A DNA stretch of 64,000 nucleotides from a virus. Its lineage: Duplodnaviria > Heunggongvirae > Uroviricota > Caudoviricetes. This document shows, one piece after another, positions 37,563 to 46,556 of the stretch. The notes beneath the pieces were generated by a model. The model was given only the letters and a program-made list of their open reading frames with translations, searched no databases and had not been told where the DNA came from. Where the stretch lies: the IMG/VR virus record IMGVR_UViG_3300019755_000001; one strand, written 5' to 3'. Each line of letters opens with the position of its first letter. Position 1 is the stretch's first letter. Both the position numbers and the translations under genes were made by a program.

Positions 37563-39377
37563 ATGCAAGAACGGCCTTACCAAACCCAATATGTTGATGG
37601 TATTCAACTTAACCAATCCAACCTGATGATCTCAACCATGCGTTCAGGCAAATCCTATATTTTGGAGCGAATTATTGAGCGTTACTTCACTGGTAAACGT
37701 GTATTAATTCTAGTGGGGATGCGCAATATAGTGCTCCAGTTAGCGGACTACTTCGACGACCATACGTTTATTCTAACCGGTAAACACCACGACGATAACA
37801 AACATATTCAACTTGCGACATTTCAAACCTTTCAGAGAAGGTCAATAGATCTGTCTAGCTACGATTTAGTTGCTATTGACGAAGCACATATGCGGTACGA
37901 CACCAAGTTAGTGAAGGAAATTCGCAGCTTATCTTGTACTCGATTGTTTATGACTGGTACACCACTCAAGCCTAATGGCCGGTTCTTAGATGATTCGATC
38001 GACAACATACTGGAATTCACTAGCATGAAGCAGATGCTATCTGACGGTTATCTTGCACCAACTCGGTTCATCTCTCGGTACAATCTACTGGCAGACGAAT
38101 CATCTATTGGTGTACGGAATGGTGAGTACATCGACACGGACATTGAACGTGTTCTGGACAAGTCTGCTGTTGTTGACCAATTGGTAGCTGATGCGAACCA
38201 ACTCAACTGGGCTACTGAGCACAAGTGTATTCTGTACGTTAACTCAATCCACACAGCGATGAAGGTGTTTGATGCATTCGCAGATCCAGCCAATGTACGT
38301 GTTATTCACTCCAAGCTGAGCAAGTCTCAATTGGAAGTTGTCACGAACTGGTACGAGGACTGTACTAATGGTATTATCATCAATGTTCGTATGCTTACGA
38401 TTGGGTATGATTCACCGACTACTGATACTATATTGTACCTCACACCAACTCGTGTGACTTCGCTGTTCTTGCAATCTGTCTGGCGTGCATCTACGCTCAA
38501 CGGCAACAAACAAGCAACTGTTTACGATTACTCTGGTACTTTATCTCGTATTAACCCATTCTTCAACGATTGGCGTAAGGAAAAGCCAACCTGTCGTGAA
38601 CAGTGTGCGAAGCTGAAGAATCCTATGGAGAGGTTCTTTTGTGAAGCATCTTGTGTATCTGAACCGCCTATGTCGACTTGTGATGGTCAACTACCATACT
38701 CACTAATCGACAACCCATATGTTAGCAACTTCACCATCAGCTCGGGCGAACCTTGTGGAGAAACTGTGCCGGTTTTCAACATGTCTTTCAAGTCAACCGA
38801 GCCGAGTGTTGGTGTTTTACGTAAGTGGTCCAAGTGTAAGTGTGGTTGTGTATCGTATTACGACGTAGCAACTCTCACCGAACCATCGCAGATGATTACT
38901 ATGTACCAAGACGAAGTGCCGAGCAATTGTGTTACTATCTTGTACTCCCAAGAGCACGGTAAAGCACTAGCAATCCTCGACGATCTTAACAAGCCGACTT
39001 ACTCGTTCAAGATGTTCACCAACTCAACTGAGCTGTACGAGCACTGTCTCAAATACTTTAACGACCAGCCGTTTACTATTTTGTCTAACGCCAAGTCTAA
39101 GTTACCGAACGTTGTTGTTGATACTGAACTGAACTACGCTCTACCCCTAGTTAATTGGGAGTCTGAGTCGAACACAGGACTGATCAAGAAGCTAATCCGG
39201 TCGAAGTTGGAGCACATTTGTGAGCATTTTTCAATCCGTAAGGGCTATGCGTATTACCAGATGAAGAACATCACGAGCCAGAACGCTAAACAAATTATGA
39301 ACACACTGAACTCAAGTGACTTATCACGAGCCGCTTTAATCAAGTGTTTCAAAAAAATTGAACCAAAGGACAATTAA
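37563..39377 (+). CDS. SF2 DEAH-box DNA helicase with C-terminal Cys-rich region
   Basis: 604 aa. Motif I ISTMRSGKSYI, motif II LVAIDEAHM, motif III MTGTP. Cys cluster CREQCAKL...CEASC. Confidence 0.7.
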   Translation: MQERPYQTQYVDGIQLNQSNLMISTMRSGKSYILERIIERYFTGKRVLILVGMRNIVLQLADYFDDHTFILTGKHHDDNKHIQLATFQTFQRRSIDLSSYDLVAIDEAHMRYDTKLVKEIRSLSCTRLFMTGTPLKPNGRFLDDSIDNILEFTSMKQMLSDGYLAPTRFISRYNLLADESSIGVRNGEYIDTDIERVLDKSAVVDQLVADANQLNWATEHKCILYVNSIHTAMKVFDAFADPANVRVIHSKLSKSQLEVVTNWYEDCTNGIIINVRMLTIGYDSPTTDTILYLTPTRVTSLFLQSVWRASTLNGNKQATVYDYSGTLSRINPFFNDWRKEKPTCREQCAKLKNPMERFFCEASCVSEPPMSTCDGQLPYSLIDNPYVSNFTISSGEPCGETVPVFNMSFKSTEPSVGVLRKWSKCKCGCVSYYDVATLTEPSQMITMYQDEVPSNCVTILYSQEHGKALAILDDLNKPTYSFKMFTNSTELYEHCLKYFNDQPFTILSNAKSKLPNVVVDTELNYALPLVNWESESNTGLIKKLIRSKLEHICEHFSIRKGYAYYQMKNITSQNAKQIMNTLNSSDLSRAALIKCFKKIEPKDN

Positions 39378-40405
39378 TGACAAAAAAATCAATATCAAGA
39401 AACCTGACAACAAAAACTAACGAATGGTTAAACTCAATTACTGACACAGAATTACGTAATGATCTTAAATCAAATATAATTGTAACTGGAGGAGCTATAG
39501 CTTCAATGTTCTTAAATGAACAAGTTAATGATTATGATATTTATATATCAAATAAACAAGTTCTTATTCGTTTAGCTAACTATTATTGTGAGCAGTTTAA
39601 CAAATCGCAGCCAAGTAATAGCACACCGGCTTGGGTACTGGATGGGGAGGATATCGCCGCATGGAAATCAGGGGATAAATGTATTAGTTCATTTGCTCAT
39701 GGTTATGACCCAGTTCAGTATGAGCCTGCTATGGAGTGGAATGCTGAGGAAGGTAGGCATTTGTCTTATGGGCCTAGTGGTATGTTACTTAATACAGCAC
39801 CAGACCAAGTTAAGATAATTATAAACTCTGATGGTATTGCAGAAGATAACACAGCTGATGAAGTGGATTATGACGTTGAAGAATATGTTGAAAGAACTCA
39901 AAGCAATAACGAACAACCAAAAAACAAATACAGACCTATATTTATTAGTGCAAATGCAATTACATTATCGGATAAGATTCAGATAGTTGTTCGTTTTTAT
40001 GGAGACCCGGAAGAAATCCACTCTAACTATGATTTTGTACACTGTACAGGTTACTGGCATTCGACTAATAAAAAAGTAGTTGCTGATGCTGAAGTGCTTG
40101 AAGCACTAATGAACAAAGTACTAGTATATAGAGGCAGCAAGTATCCAATAGCAAGTATGATCCGTACAAGAAAGTTCATTAAACGAGGGTATCATATCAA
40201 CGCAGGCCAATATTTGAAAATGGCTATGCAAATTAACAAGCTTGACCTTAACAATATTTATGTGCTTGAGGATCAATTAACTGGGGTAGACTCTATTTAC
40301 TTCATGCAGTTTATTAGACAAGTTAGAAAGCAAATAGAATCTGGGAAATCAATTGATTTAACCGGAGACTACGTAACTACTGTTATTGACAGAATATTCA
40401 ATTAA
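39377..40405 (+). CDS. hypothetical protein
   Basis: 342 aa. Confidence 0.5.
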   Translation: MTKKSISRNLTTKTNEWLNSITDTELRNDLKSNIIVTGGAIASMFLNEQVNDYDIYISNKQVLIRLANYYCEQFNKSQPSNSTPAWVLDGEDIAAWKSGDKCISSFAHGYDPVQYEPAMEWNAEEGRHLSYGPSGMLLNTAPDQVKIIINSDGIAEDNTADEVDYDVEEYVERTQSNNEQPKNKYRPIFISANAITLSDKIQIVVRFYGDPEEIHSNYDFVHCTGYWHSTNKKVVADAEVLEALMNKVLVYRGSKYPIASMIRTRKFIKRGYHINAGQYLKMAMQINKLDLNNIYVLEDQLTGVDSIYFMQFIRQVRKQIESGKSIDLTGDYVTTVIDRIFN

Positions 40406-40414
40406 GGATAAATA

Positions 40415-40801
40415 ATGAATCACATCAAACATTTCGAGCAACTGCTCATCATCAACCGTCGATTAGCAGCAACTGGCCTGCCTGTTGTGTTGAACTTAAC
40501 TTATCAATGTAAGAGTAAGTTTTTAGTGCTTTGCCATTTAGAGAAAGACAAAAATATGTATGGTTTATCACACAATGTTGATAAACGAGCATGGCCAACT
40601 ATGGACAGAATAATCGAAGAAGCACACAAACTGTGTCAGCCTCAGTTTATCCCAGTCAAAGCCATTTGTATCAACGCACTTGGACAAACTTTCTGGCTTG
40701 ACGAGCAAACTGAAGTAATTGTCGACTCTATCGCAGCTGATGGAGTTCATTTATCAGATGGTCAAGTTGTTTCAACTGACCGTCTATTCATTAAGGAGTA
40801 A
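40415..40801 (+). CDS. hypothetical protein
   Basis: 128 aa. Confidence 0.45.
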   Translation: MNHIKHFEQLLIINRRLAATGLPVVLNLTYQCKSKFLVLCHLEKDKNMYGLSHNVDKRAWPTMDRIIEEAHKLCQPQFIPVKAICINALGQTFWLDEQTEVIVDSIAADGVHLSDGQVVSTDRLFIKE

Positions 40802-40802
40802 T

Positions 40803-41774
40803 ATGTCACACTTAACTGATGTAGCCACTGCACAGCAAGCTAACTTAATCACAATCAACGGTAAGTCATTTACCAACAACTCCAACGTACCTAGGGAGCT
40901 TAGTCTCATGTTCGCATGGGCCTCAACTCAGTACGACGGCAAACCAACTACAGCAACCAACATATCTGTGTCTGATATTATCGGACCAATGCGTAAGCTA
41001 CTGTACAAGATAACTCACCCGGTTACTACTGATTCTATGGACATTATGTCTATTAGCAAATCAGCAATTGGTACTATCTTACACACAGGCATGGAAGAAG
41101 CCTTAAATTCTGTTGGTGGGTATACGCAGGAAGTACGGTCGGAGACGACTATCCTTGGTGTTACTGTATCTGGTAAATTCGATATTGTCACACCTGATGG
41201 AGAAATCAAGGATCTGAAGAACATATCTAGTTTTGCGTACAAGTTACTTATGCAGGACAAGGATGCAGTTCAACCTGGTCTATCTATCCAGGAGATGTAC
41301 GAGCAATTCCCAAACTACGCCAAATACACAATGCAGATGTCTATGTACAGATACTTGAACCAAGAATTAGTTACTAAGCCTTATGGCTCTATCTTGTTCA
41401 ACTTAACGTCTAGCTCGTTCCAGGATGATTTCCCAACTTACTCAGAGATGAAGTTCCCCCTATTCCCTGTTGAAGAGATTCACCAGTACTTAATTGAGCG
41501 TATCAAACTGATGCAACAGCACTTAGCAGCCGGAACTTACCCTGACTGTACACCGAACGAACGAGGAACTCGTCCGCCTAGTTACAAACTGCAACGAATG
41601 GGAAAAACTGGTAAACTAGCAACTGTTCGCGGGTCGAAATTTGACAACGGTGCTGAGTTCAGGCAGTTTGTCATGACTAAGGGTAAACCTGGCGATGTCG
41701 AAAATATCGAGGAGAGCAGACACATTCTGTGTGAGTATTGCTCATTCAGTCACAGCATATGTGACCAAATATAG
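40803..41774 (+). CDS. RecB-family / Cas4-like PD-(D/E)xK exonuclease
   Basis: Start moved to Met29 after a GGAG RBS. Motifs: GTILHTGMEEAL, GKFDIVTPDGEIKDLK (D...ExK), QMSMYRY (QxxxY), C-terminal Cys cluster CEYCSFSHSIC. Confidence 0.55.
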   Translation: MSHLTDVATAQQANLITINGKSFTNNSNVPRELSLMFAWASTQYDGKPTTATNISVSDIIGPMRKLLYKITHPVTTDSMDIMSISKSAIGTILHTGMEEALNSVGGYTQEVRSETTILGVTVSGKFDIVTPDGEIKDLKNISSFAYKLLMQDKDAVQPGLSIQEMYEQFPNYAKYTMQMSMYRYLNQELVTKPYGSILFNLTSSSFQDDFPTYSEMKFPLFPVEEIHQYLIERIKLMQQHLAAGTYPDCTPNERGTRPPSYKLQRMGKTGKLATVRGSKFDNGAEFRQFVMTKGKPGDVENIEESRHILCEYCSFSHSICDQI

Positions 41775-41783
41775 GAGTTTTAC

Positions 41784-42371
41784 ATGCGAAAATCAACTGT
41801 GGCCAAATACATTAACGAATTTACTAACTGGGTCAACGAGCAACCAGTTTTAATGGGCTACCCAACCTCTATGTCTGATAGGACACTTACTTGGAAATCC
41901 GTTACTTCCCATACTGATTGGGAAGCGTTTGATACTATTTACGTATTGGATGATGAATATTCCACTTTCAGAAAAGCCTTGGCTGAAGGGAAACAATTGC
42001 AGTTTTACGATAAGTGGAAGTGGGACACAGAGATTTGGGATGACTTGAATTATACCAATCCTTCCTTTGCTTTTAGTCCTGATTTGCAATACCGTATCAA
42101 GACAGAACACCAAACTTTTACAGTTGGTACTTGGGTTCGTCATCCTGATGACTATGTATTTCAGTGCAAAGACGACACATGTCCTTATGGTCCTGATTAC
42201 GAACTTTGGGAACCCCAACCTGGGGAATGGTGTTGGTTTTGGAATACTGGTTCAACGACTGCAGTCATTGGACAACTCAAGTCTACTTGCGGTCAATATA
42301 TAACTAAAGGACCGACAAGATGGGATTACTGTCAGCCTTTCATCGGTGAACTACCAGTTCATCTTCAATAA
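41784..42371 (+). CDS. hypothetical Trp-rich protein
   Basis: 195 aa. Confidence 0.45.
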   Translation: MRKSTVAKYINEFTNWVNEQPVLMGYPTSMSDRTLTWKSVTSHTDWEAFDTIYVLDDEYSTFRKALAEGKQLQFYDKWKWDTEIWDDLNYTNPSFAFSPDLQYRIKTEHQTFTVGTWVRHPDDYVFQCKDDTCPYGPDYELWEPQPGEWCWFWNTGSTTAVIGQLKSTCGQYITKGPTRWDYCQPFIGELPVHLQ

Positions 42372-42916
42372 TTTAGTGGTGCCTAGGTTAAATGATCACA
42401 GCCACAAACAACTTTAAGGAGTCTTTGATGAATTTCAGAGGAAGCAAAATCGGATGCGGAGTAATCTGCGGCGTGGTTTCAGGAATGGAATCGTGAAAGG
42501 GGTAGGTGGAATGGGCGGAAGTCCTATGACTGGTGCCGAATGTCGTTGGGAGAACAATGACTCTCCTATCACTGACGGTGGAGACATCTAACTAACTTGA
42601 CAAGTGGTGGAATAAACGAGTTAGAGTCTCGTACTGTCCTTAACTGGGCAGTGTGAATGGTTCACAAAGACACATACCAAGCCGAAGCAATCTTTACGGC
42701 TGTAACTACAGGGAGTCGGTTCAATTCCGATGACACACATTAGGGGTTGTGGAGGGGTTCAAGGCCCTAAACTGTAGTGTCTCAAGGTGTAAGTCCTTGA
42801 GCTTGTCAACAAGGCAGACGTGCCGAGCTTCAGTTTAGTGGTTAATAGCCGATACTTTACTGATTAAACAACAAGCCTCTACCACATTGCACTATGTTTT
42901 GTGGATACGCTTTTAT

Positions 42917-42987
42917 GAAGCATTCGTCTAGTGGTAGGACCACAACATTAAAATCAGTGTACCCAGGTTCGATTCCTGGATGCTTCA
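42917..42987 (+). tRNA. tRNA-like gene, 71 nt, with an enlarged anticodon loop
   Basis: Perfect acceptor GAAGCAT/ATGCTTC. D-arm GTC-TAGTGGTAG-GAC. T-arm CCAGG-TTCGATT-CCTGG, discriminator A. The anticodon region CACAACATTAAAATCAGTG only forms a 3-4 bp stem with a ~9-13 nt loop. Confidence 0.4.
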
Positions 42988-43043
42988 CTTAACCCTTTCC
43001 AAGCTAGGTAAACAGACTAATGCAATTTAGTCGGAGGGTTTAT

Positions 43044-43122
43044 GGACATTTAGCTCAGTGGTAGAGCGCCTGCACTAGCATGAAATAACAGGAGGCCACA
43101 AGTTCAACTCTTGGAATGTCCA
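43044..43122 (+). tRNA. tRNA-like gene, 79 nt, with a ~15-nt anticodon loop
   Basis: Acceptor GGACATT/AATGTCC. Canonical D-arm TAGCTCAGTGGTAGAGCG. The 5' anticodon stem CCTGC is followed by ACTAGCATGAAATAA and then (A)CAGG. T-arm CAAG-TTCAACT-CTTG. 3' end A-CC. Confidence 0.4.
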
Positions 43123-43295
43123 CCTTACACCGCAACATGCTCATGAAAGAGGCGGTATATAAATAGACAAGTGAAGAGCAGGAATGGGGAATTGATAGAA
43201 TCATCCGCAGCCTTAAAGAGCAAGGGAACTATCACGAACAAGTAGGGTCTTATCCAATTGGATTTGTACTTCTACGCAAACAGTAAATTTACGCA

Positions 43296-43361
43296 ACAAC
43301 CAACTAGCCTACAGGTGTAGGATTGCAGCCCTCTGGCTCGAAACCAGTACGTTGGTTGTTG
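43296..43361 (+). ncRNA. mini tRNA-like element: 11-bp terminal helix enclosing two hairpins, one of them T-arm-like
   Basis: CAACAACCAAC...GTTGGTTGTTG forms a perfect 11-bp closing helix. Inside are CCTACA-GG-TGTAGG and CTGG-CTCGAAA-CCAG. Confidence 0.3.
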
Positions 43362-43676
43362 TAGTAAGTTTATATGACCTGAGACGGCCGAGCTTATCAC
43401 TTTCGATATACAGTACTGATGGAATTCAACATCAACTACTGGACGTGCCTTAAACCGTTGATCTGCAGAATCACTGAGTGGCGGCGCACAATGCTCGGTA
43501 AGGTACTAGAGCTATACAAGAGAGTACCTATGGCTACCTCGAAAAGAGTGAAATAATTTACTAGTTTACAGTCATATAAAACTAGTGCAAACAATCAGCT
43601 GATGAAGCACACACCACACCAGGCAAATTGTCGAGGAAGTTATGTGCTTTAGTGAGTTGATAATAAAGGAGTAATT

Positions 43677-44546
43677 ATGAGATTAGTAGACAAAATATTG
43701 AATTATATGACAGGCAGAGAAAGTACAAGTCTTTCAGAGCTGTATAGAACTTTCAGTGAAACAGCAGAAACAACAATCAGAGGAAGAGTAAACGAAGCCA
43801 CTAAATCCAGACAACTTATTAGAATTGCTAGAGGGAAGTACATATTAGCAGGAGACGATATTGATGCGGTTATCATAGAAGGAAATGCTCTTAGTATAGT
43901 TCCACAAATATGCAACACAAACATAAAGTATGACTTGATTTTTTTGGACATTCCTTATAATTTAGGAGGACAAAAAGGGGGCAACAGAAATCTTGCTAAC
44001 TATAATCTTATTGAGCCTGAGACATTTAAAGAGTTTCTGCATTACGCTACTAAGCTATTACGGAACGAGGACTCTTTAGTTTACATGATGATTGCCGGAG
44101 GAAAGTCATCAATCAAAAAAGCAATGAAGTATTTAGAAGCGTTTGATAGTACTGAACTTAAATGTGTAGCAGAAGGCTCTTATACAAAGCTAACAAAAGC
44201 AGGAAAAGTATGTAACATGGGAAAATATAAAATGCCACCAGAGTTAATAAAAGCATATAATAAAAAAGGTATTTCTAGCATATCTCAAGAGAATCTGGAT
44301 TTTAGAATACAAAGACCTCCATTACCTGTTTCAGGAGGATACCCTACACAAAAGCCAAGAGAATTACTTGACAATATAATAGAAAAATCAACAAAGCTTA
44401 AGGACCTTGTACTAGACCCTTTTGGAGGTTCAGGAGAAATGTTATCTGCTGTCTTAAACGCAGGTAGAAGAATACACACTTTTGACATATCTCCTAAAAG
44501 TATAGAAGAGTTTATTTTACCAAAGGCAAGACAGTATGGAATTTGA
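43677..44546 (+). CDS. DNA methyltransferase, beta-class N6-adenine/N4-cytosine, with N-terminal HTH
   Basis: 289 aa. Motif IV DLIFLDIPYN precedes the TQKP motif (GYPTQKPRELL) and motif I VLDPFGGSGEM. This order is typical of the N6_N4_Mtase family. Confidence 0.75.
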   Translation: MRLVDKILNYMTGRESTSLSELYRTFSETAETTIRGRVNEATKSRQLIRIARGKYILAGDDIDAVIIEGNALSIVPQICNTNIKYDLIFLDIPYNLGGQKGGNRNLANYNLIEPETFKEFLHYATKLLRNEDSLVYMMIAGGKSSIKKAMKYLEAFDSTELKCVAEGSYTKLTKAGKVCNMGKYKMPPELIKAYNKKGISSISQENLDFRIQRPPLPVSGGYPTQKPRELLDNIIEKSTKLKDLVLDPFGGSGEMLSAVLNAGRRIHTFDISPKSIEEFILPKARQYGI

Positions 44547-45123
44547 AGGATTAACCGTAGACAGCAAGTTTTTGTGTGTCGCGCCAAATGACTATGCGGT
44601 AGTAGCGAAGTTTTCAGTTATTGTTAATGGTCATTCATTCGAGTACTCACAAAGTCCTCACTGGCTTGCACAACACTACAAGAAACTGAAGGGCAAAGTG
44701 TTTTACTCATCTAATGACCACAACTGGATATTGAACGACATTATCAAGGACAAGGCATGTATTCTAAAGGACAGGGATGAGGATAAGTTCTCACTCAAGT
44801 TAGCTAATGGCAGAGGTTATTATATTGATGTTACGGAGCCACGATTTACAACTTTCTTTAGCGGTCTCAGCAAACTCAGGTTAACCATGACTGATGAGGA
44901 GAACCTATTCGCACTTCGTTGTGTGTTACAGGACGCTCTAATACCCCTGGAGTTTAACGAAGAGGAGTTCATCGAGTGTATGGGCTACGAGGGGAATTAC
45001 CAATCTGTCATGAATGGTGTTCGTGTGTACAATCAGTGCAAGGACAATTTCTTCAAGTTGGCTCTTGGTGATTCACAAATCCGCACACTCTTGGACAAAC
45101 TGTCTGAACAAGGAATTGAGTAA
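44536..45123 (+). CDS. hypothetical protein
   Basis: 195 aa, coupled to the MTase gene. Confidence 0.45.
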   Translation: MEFEGLTVDSKFLCVAPNDYAVVAKFSVIVNGHSFEYSQSPHWLAQHYKKLKGKVFYSSNDHNWILNDIIKDKACILKDRDEDKFSLKLANGRGYYIDVTEPRFTTFFSGLSKLRLTMTDEENLFALRCVLQDALIPLEFNEEEFIECMGYEGNYQSVMNGVRVYNQCKDNFFKLALGDSQIRTLLDKLSEQGIE

Positions 45124-45896
45124 TGCAAATTTTAGTCGGGAGTACAGCACTTAACCACCATTTACCAAATTCACGTAAACCGAACGACATTGACATCTGG
45201 ACCGATAAACCGTTCACCAAGCAACTTGGTTACGACTACAAGTATCTGCCTCGTAATATCTTGATGATGGTTGATGGAAGGTACGTCAACGGCCGACTAA
45301 TCGCTTCACTGGACAGCTTGTACACTATTAAGTGTTCTCACTTAGGTTGGGATAATCCAAATTGGGATAAGCACAAGCTTGATTTACTCAGTCTGAAGCA
45401 GCACGGCTGCAAACTAATCCCAAATCTGTACCAAGCTCTTGTGGAGTTCTGGACAACTGAACTTGATGATAAGTCGTTTCTGTCACTTAGCAAGCCCAAA
45501 CAGGATTTCTTTACTGACAATGTGCCTTACGTGTTTGACCACGATTGGCTACATGAACAGGTATCTCACCCTGCCGAGCCTGTTTACAAGCAGTGCCTAG
45601 TCGACGGAGCTGATGTTCTTATTGACAAGGACAAGTTCAATTCTATGGACTTCGAGCAGCAAGTTAGTATGTTCAGAGAGGAGATCACGGTGATTGCTAT
45701 CGAACGATGGTTAGTCAACCCGAATGTTAAAGGCAAATGGTCCTGGGTACAAGCTTATTTTATGGCTCTCAGGAAAACAATCACGTCATTAACCAAGGGA
45801 TGGGCTACTGAGTTCATAGTAATGAACATTGAGTACTTTACTAAACCTGAGTACGAATATTTTGAATATGCCCTAGAGGCAACAAAGGATTATTAA
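45123..45896 (+). CDS. hypothetical protein with a possible nucleotidyltransferase (Pol-beta fold) signature
   Basis: 257 aa. The N-terminal ILVGSTALNHHLPNSRKPNDIDIWT resembles the GS-x(9-13)-DxD motif of NTase-fold enzymes. Other motifs could not be confirmed. Confidence 0.3.
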   Translation: MQILVGSTALNHHLPNSRKPNDIDIWTDKPFTKQLGYDYKYLPRNILMMVDGRYVNGRLIASLDSLYTIKCSHLGWDNPNWDKHKLDLLSLKQHGCKLIPNLYQALVEFWTTELDDKSFLSLSKPKQDFFTDNVPYVFDHDWLHEQVSHPAEPVYKQCLVDGADVLIDKDKFNSMDFEQQVSMFREEITVIAIERWLVNPNVKGKWSWVQAYFMALRKTITSLTKGWATEFIVMNIEYFTKPEYEYFEYALEATKDY

Positions 45897-46243
45897 TGAG
45901 TTTACCAATAGAAATACAAGAGATAGTAGATAAATGCGAAGCAGCTGGCTATAGTGGTGCAGTTATTGCTTTATTCGACACAGATTACGAACTAGAGACT
46001 CCTAGTAGTGATTGGGATGCTGAAAGAAATTTCAGAAAAAACCTATTTGATGAAATTAACCACAAAATTATGGTATGTGAAGAAGGCGAAGGCGAGTACT
46101 GTTATTCTGTTATCAGAATCGGGGACAAGTTCTTCAAAGCTGAGTGGTCTTACTACTCGTACAACGGTTGTGACTTTGACTATATCGAGGATACAATCAA
46201 GGAAGTTACACCTAAAGAGAAGACTATCACAGTTTACGAATAA
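45896..46243 (+). CDS. hypothetical protein
   Basis: 115 aa. Confidence 0.45.
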   Translation: MSLPIEIQEIVDKCEAAGYSGAVIALFDTDYELETPSSDWDAERNFRKNLFDEINHKIMVCEEGEGEYCYSVIRIGDKFFKAEWSYYSYNGCDFDYIEDTIKEVTPKEKTITVYE

Positions 46244-46404
46244 TGACTTACCGAAAGCAAGTCCAGTCAGCCACACTACAGCAACTTTACCACGAACGCA
46301 GGGAGCTGACATGGGTTATAGCCAATTCAATTAACCAATATGATATTGATTTAGCAAATATTCGTCTGCCTTTGGTGGAACAAACAATCTCACAAAAGGA
46401 GTAA
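46243..46404 (+). CDS. hypothetical small protein (53 aa)
   Basis: Not in the ORF track; TAATG coupling. Confidence 0.3.
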   Translation: MTYRKQVQSATLQQLYHERRELTWVIANSINQYDIDLANIRLPLVEQTISQKE

Positions 46405-46406
46405 TT

Positions 46407-46556
46407 ATGGACAGTATACACGACCCACTAACTCAAGCAATCATTTACAGGGCGGAGATCTTGGAACGTCTGGAGTTAACAATACACCAATCTGAGCGTG
46501 ATAATTTAGTCAGTGTATTAACTAAACTAGATACATACATATTGGAGCAATCATGA
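46407..46556 (+). CDS. hypothetical small protein (49 aa)
   Basis: Not in the ORF track. AAAGGAG RBS; ATGA overlap with the polymerase gene. Confidence 0.35.
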   Translation: MDSIHDPLTQAIIYRAEILERLELTIHQSERDNLVSVLTKLDTYILEQS

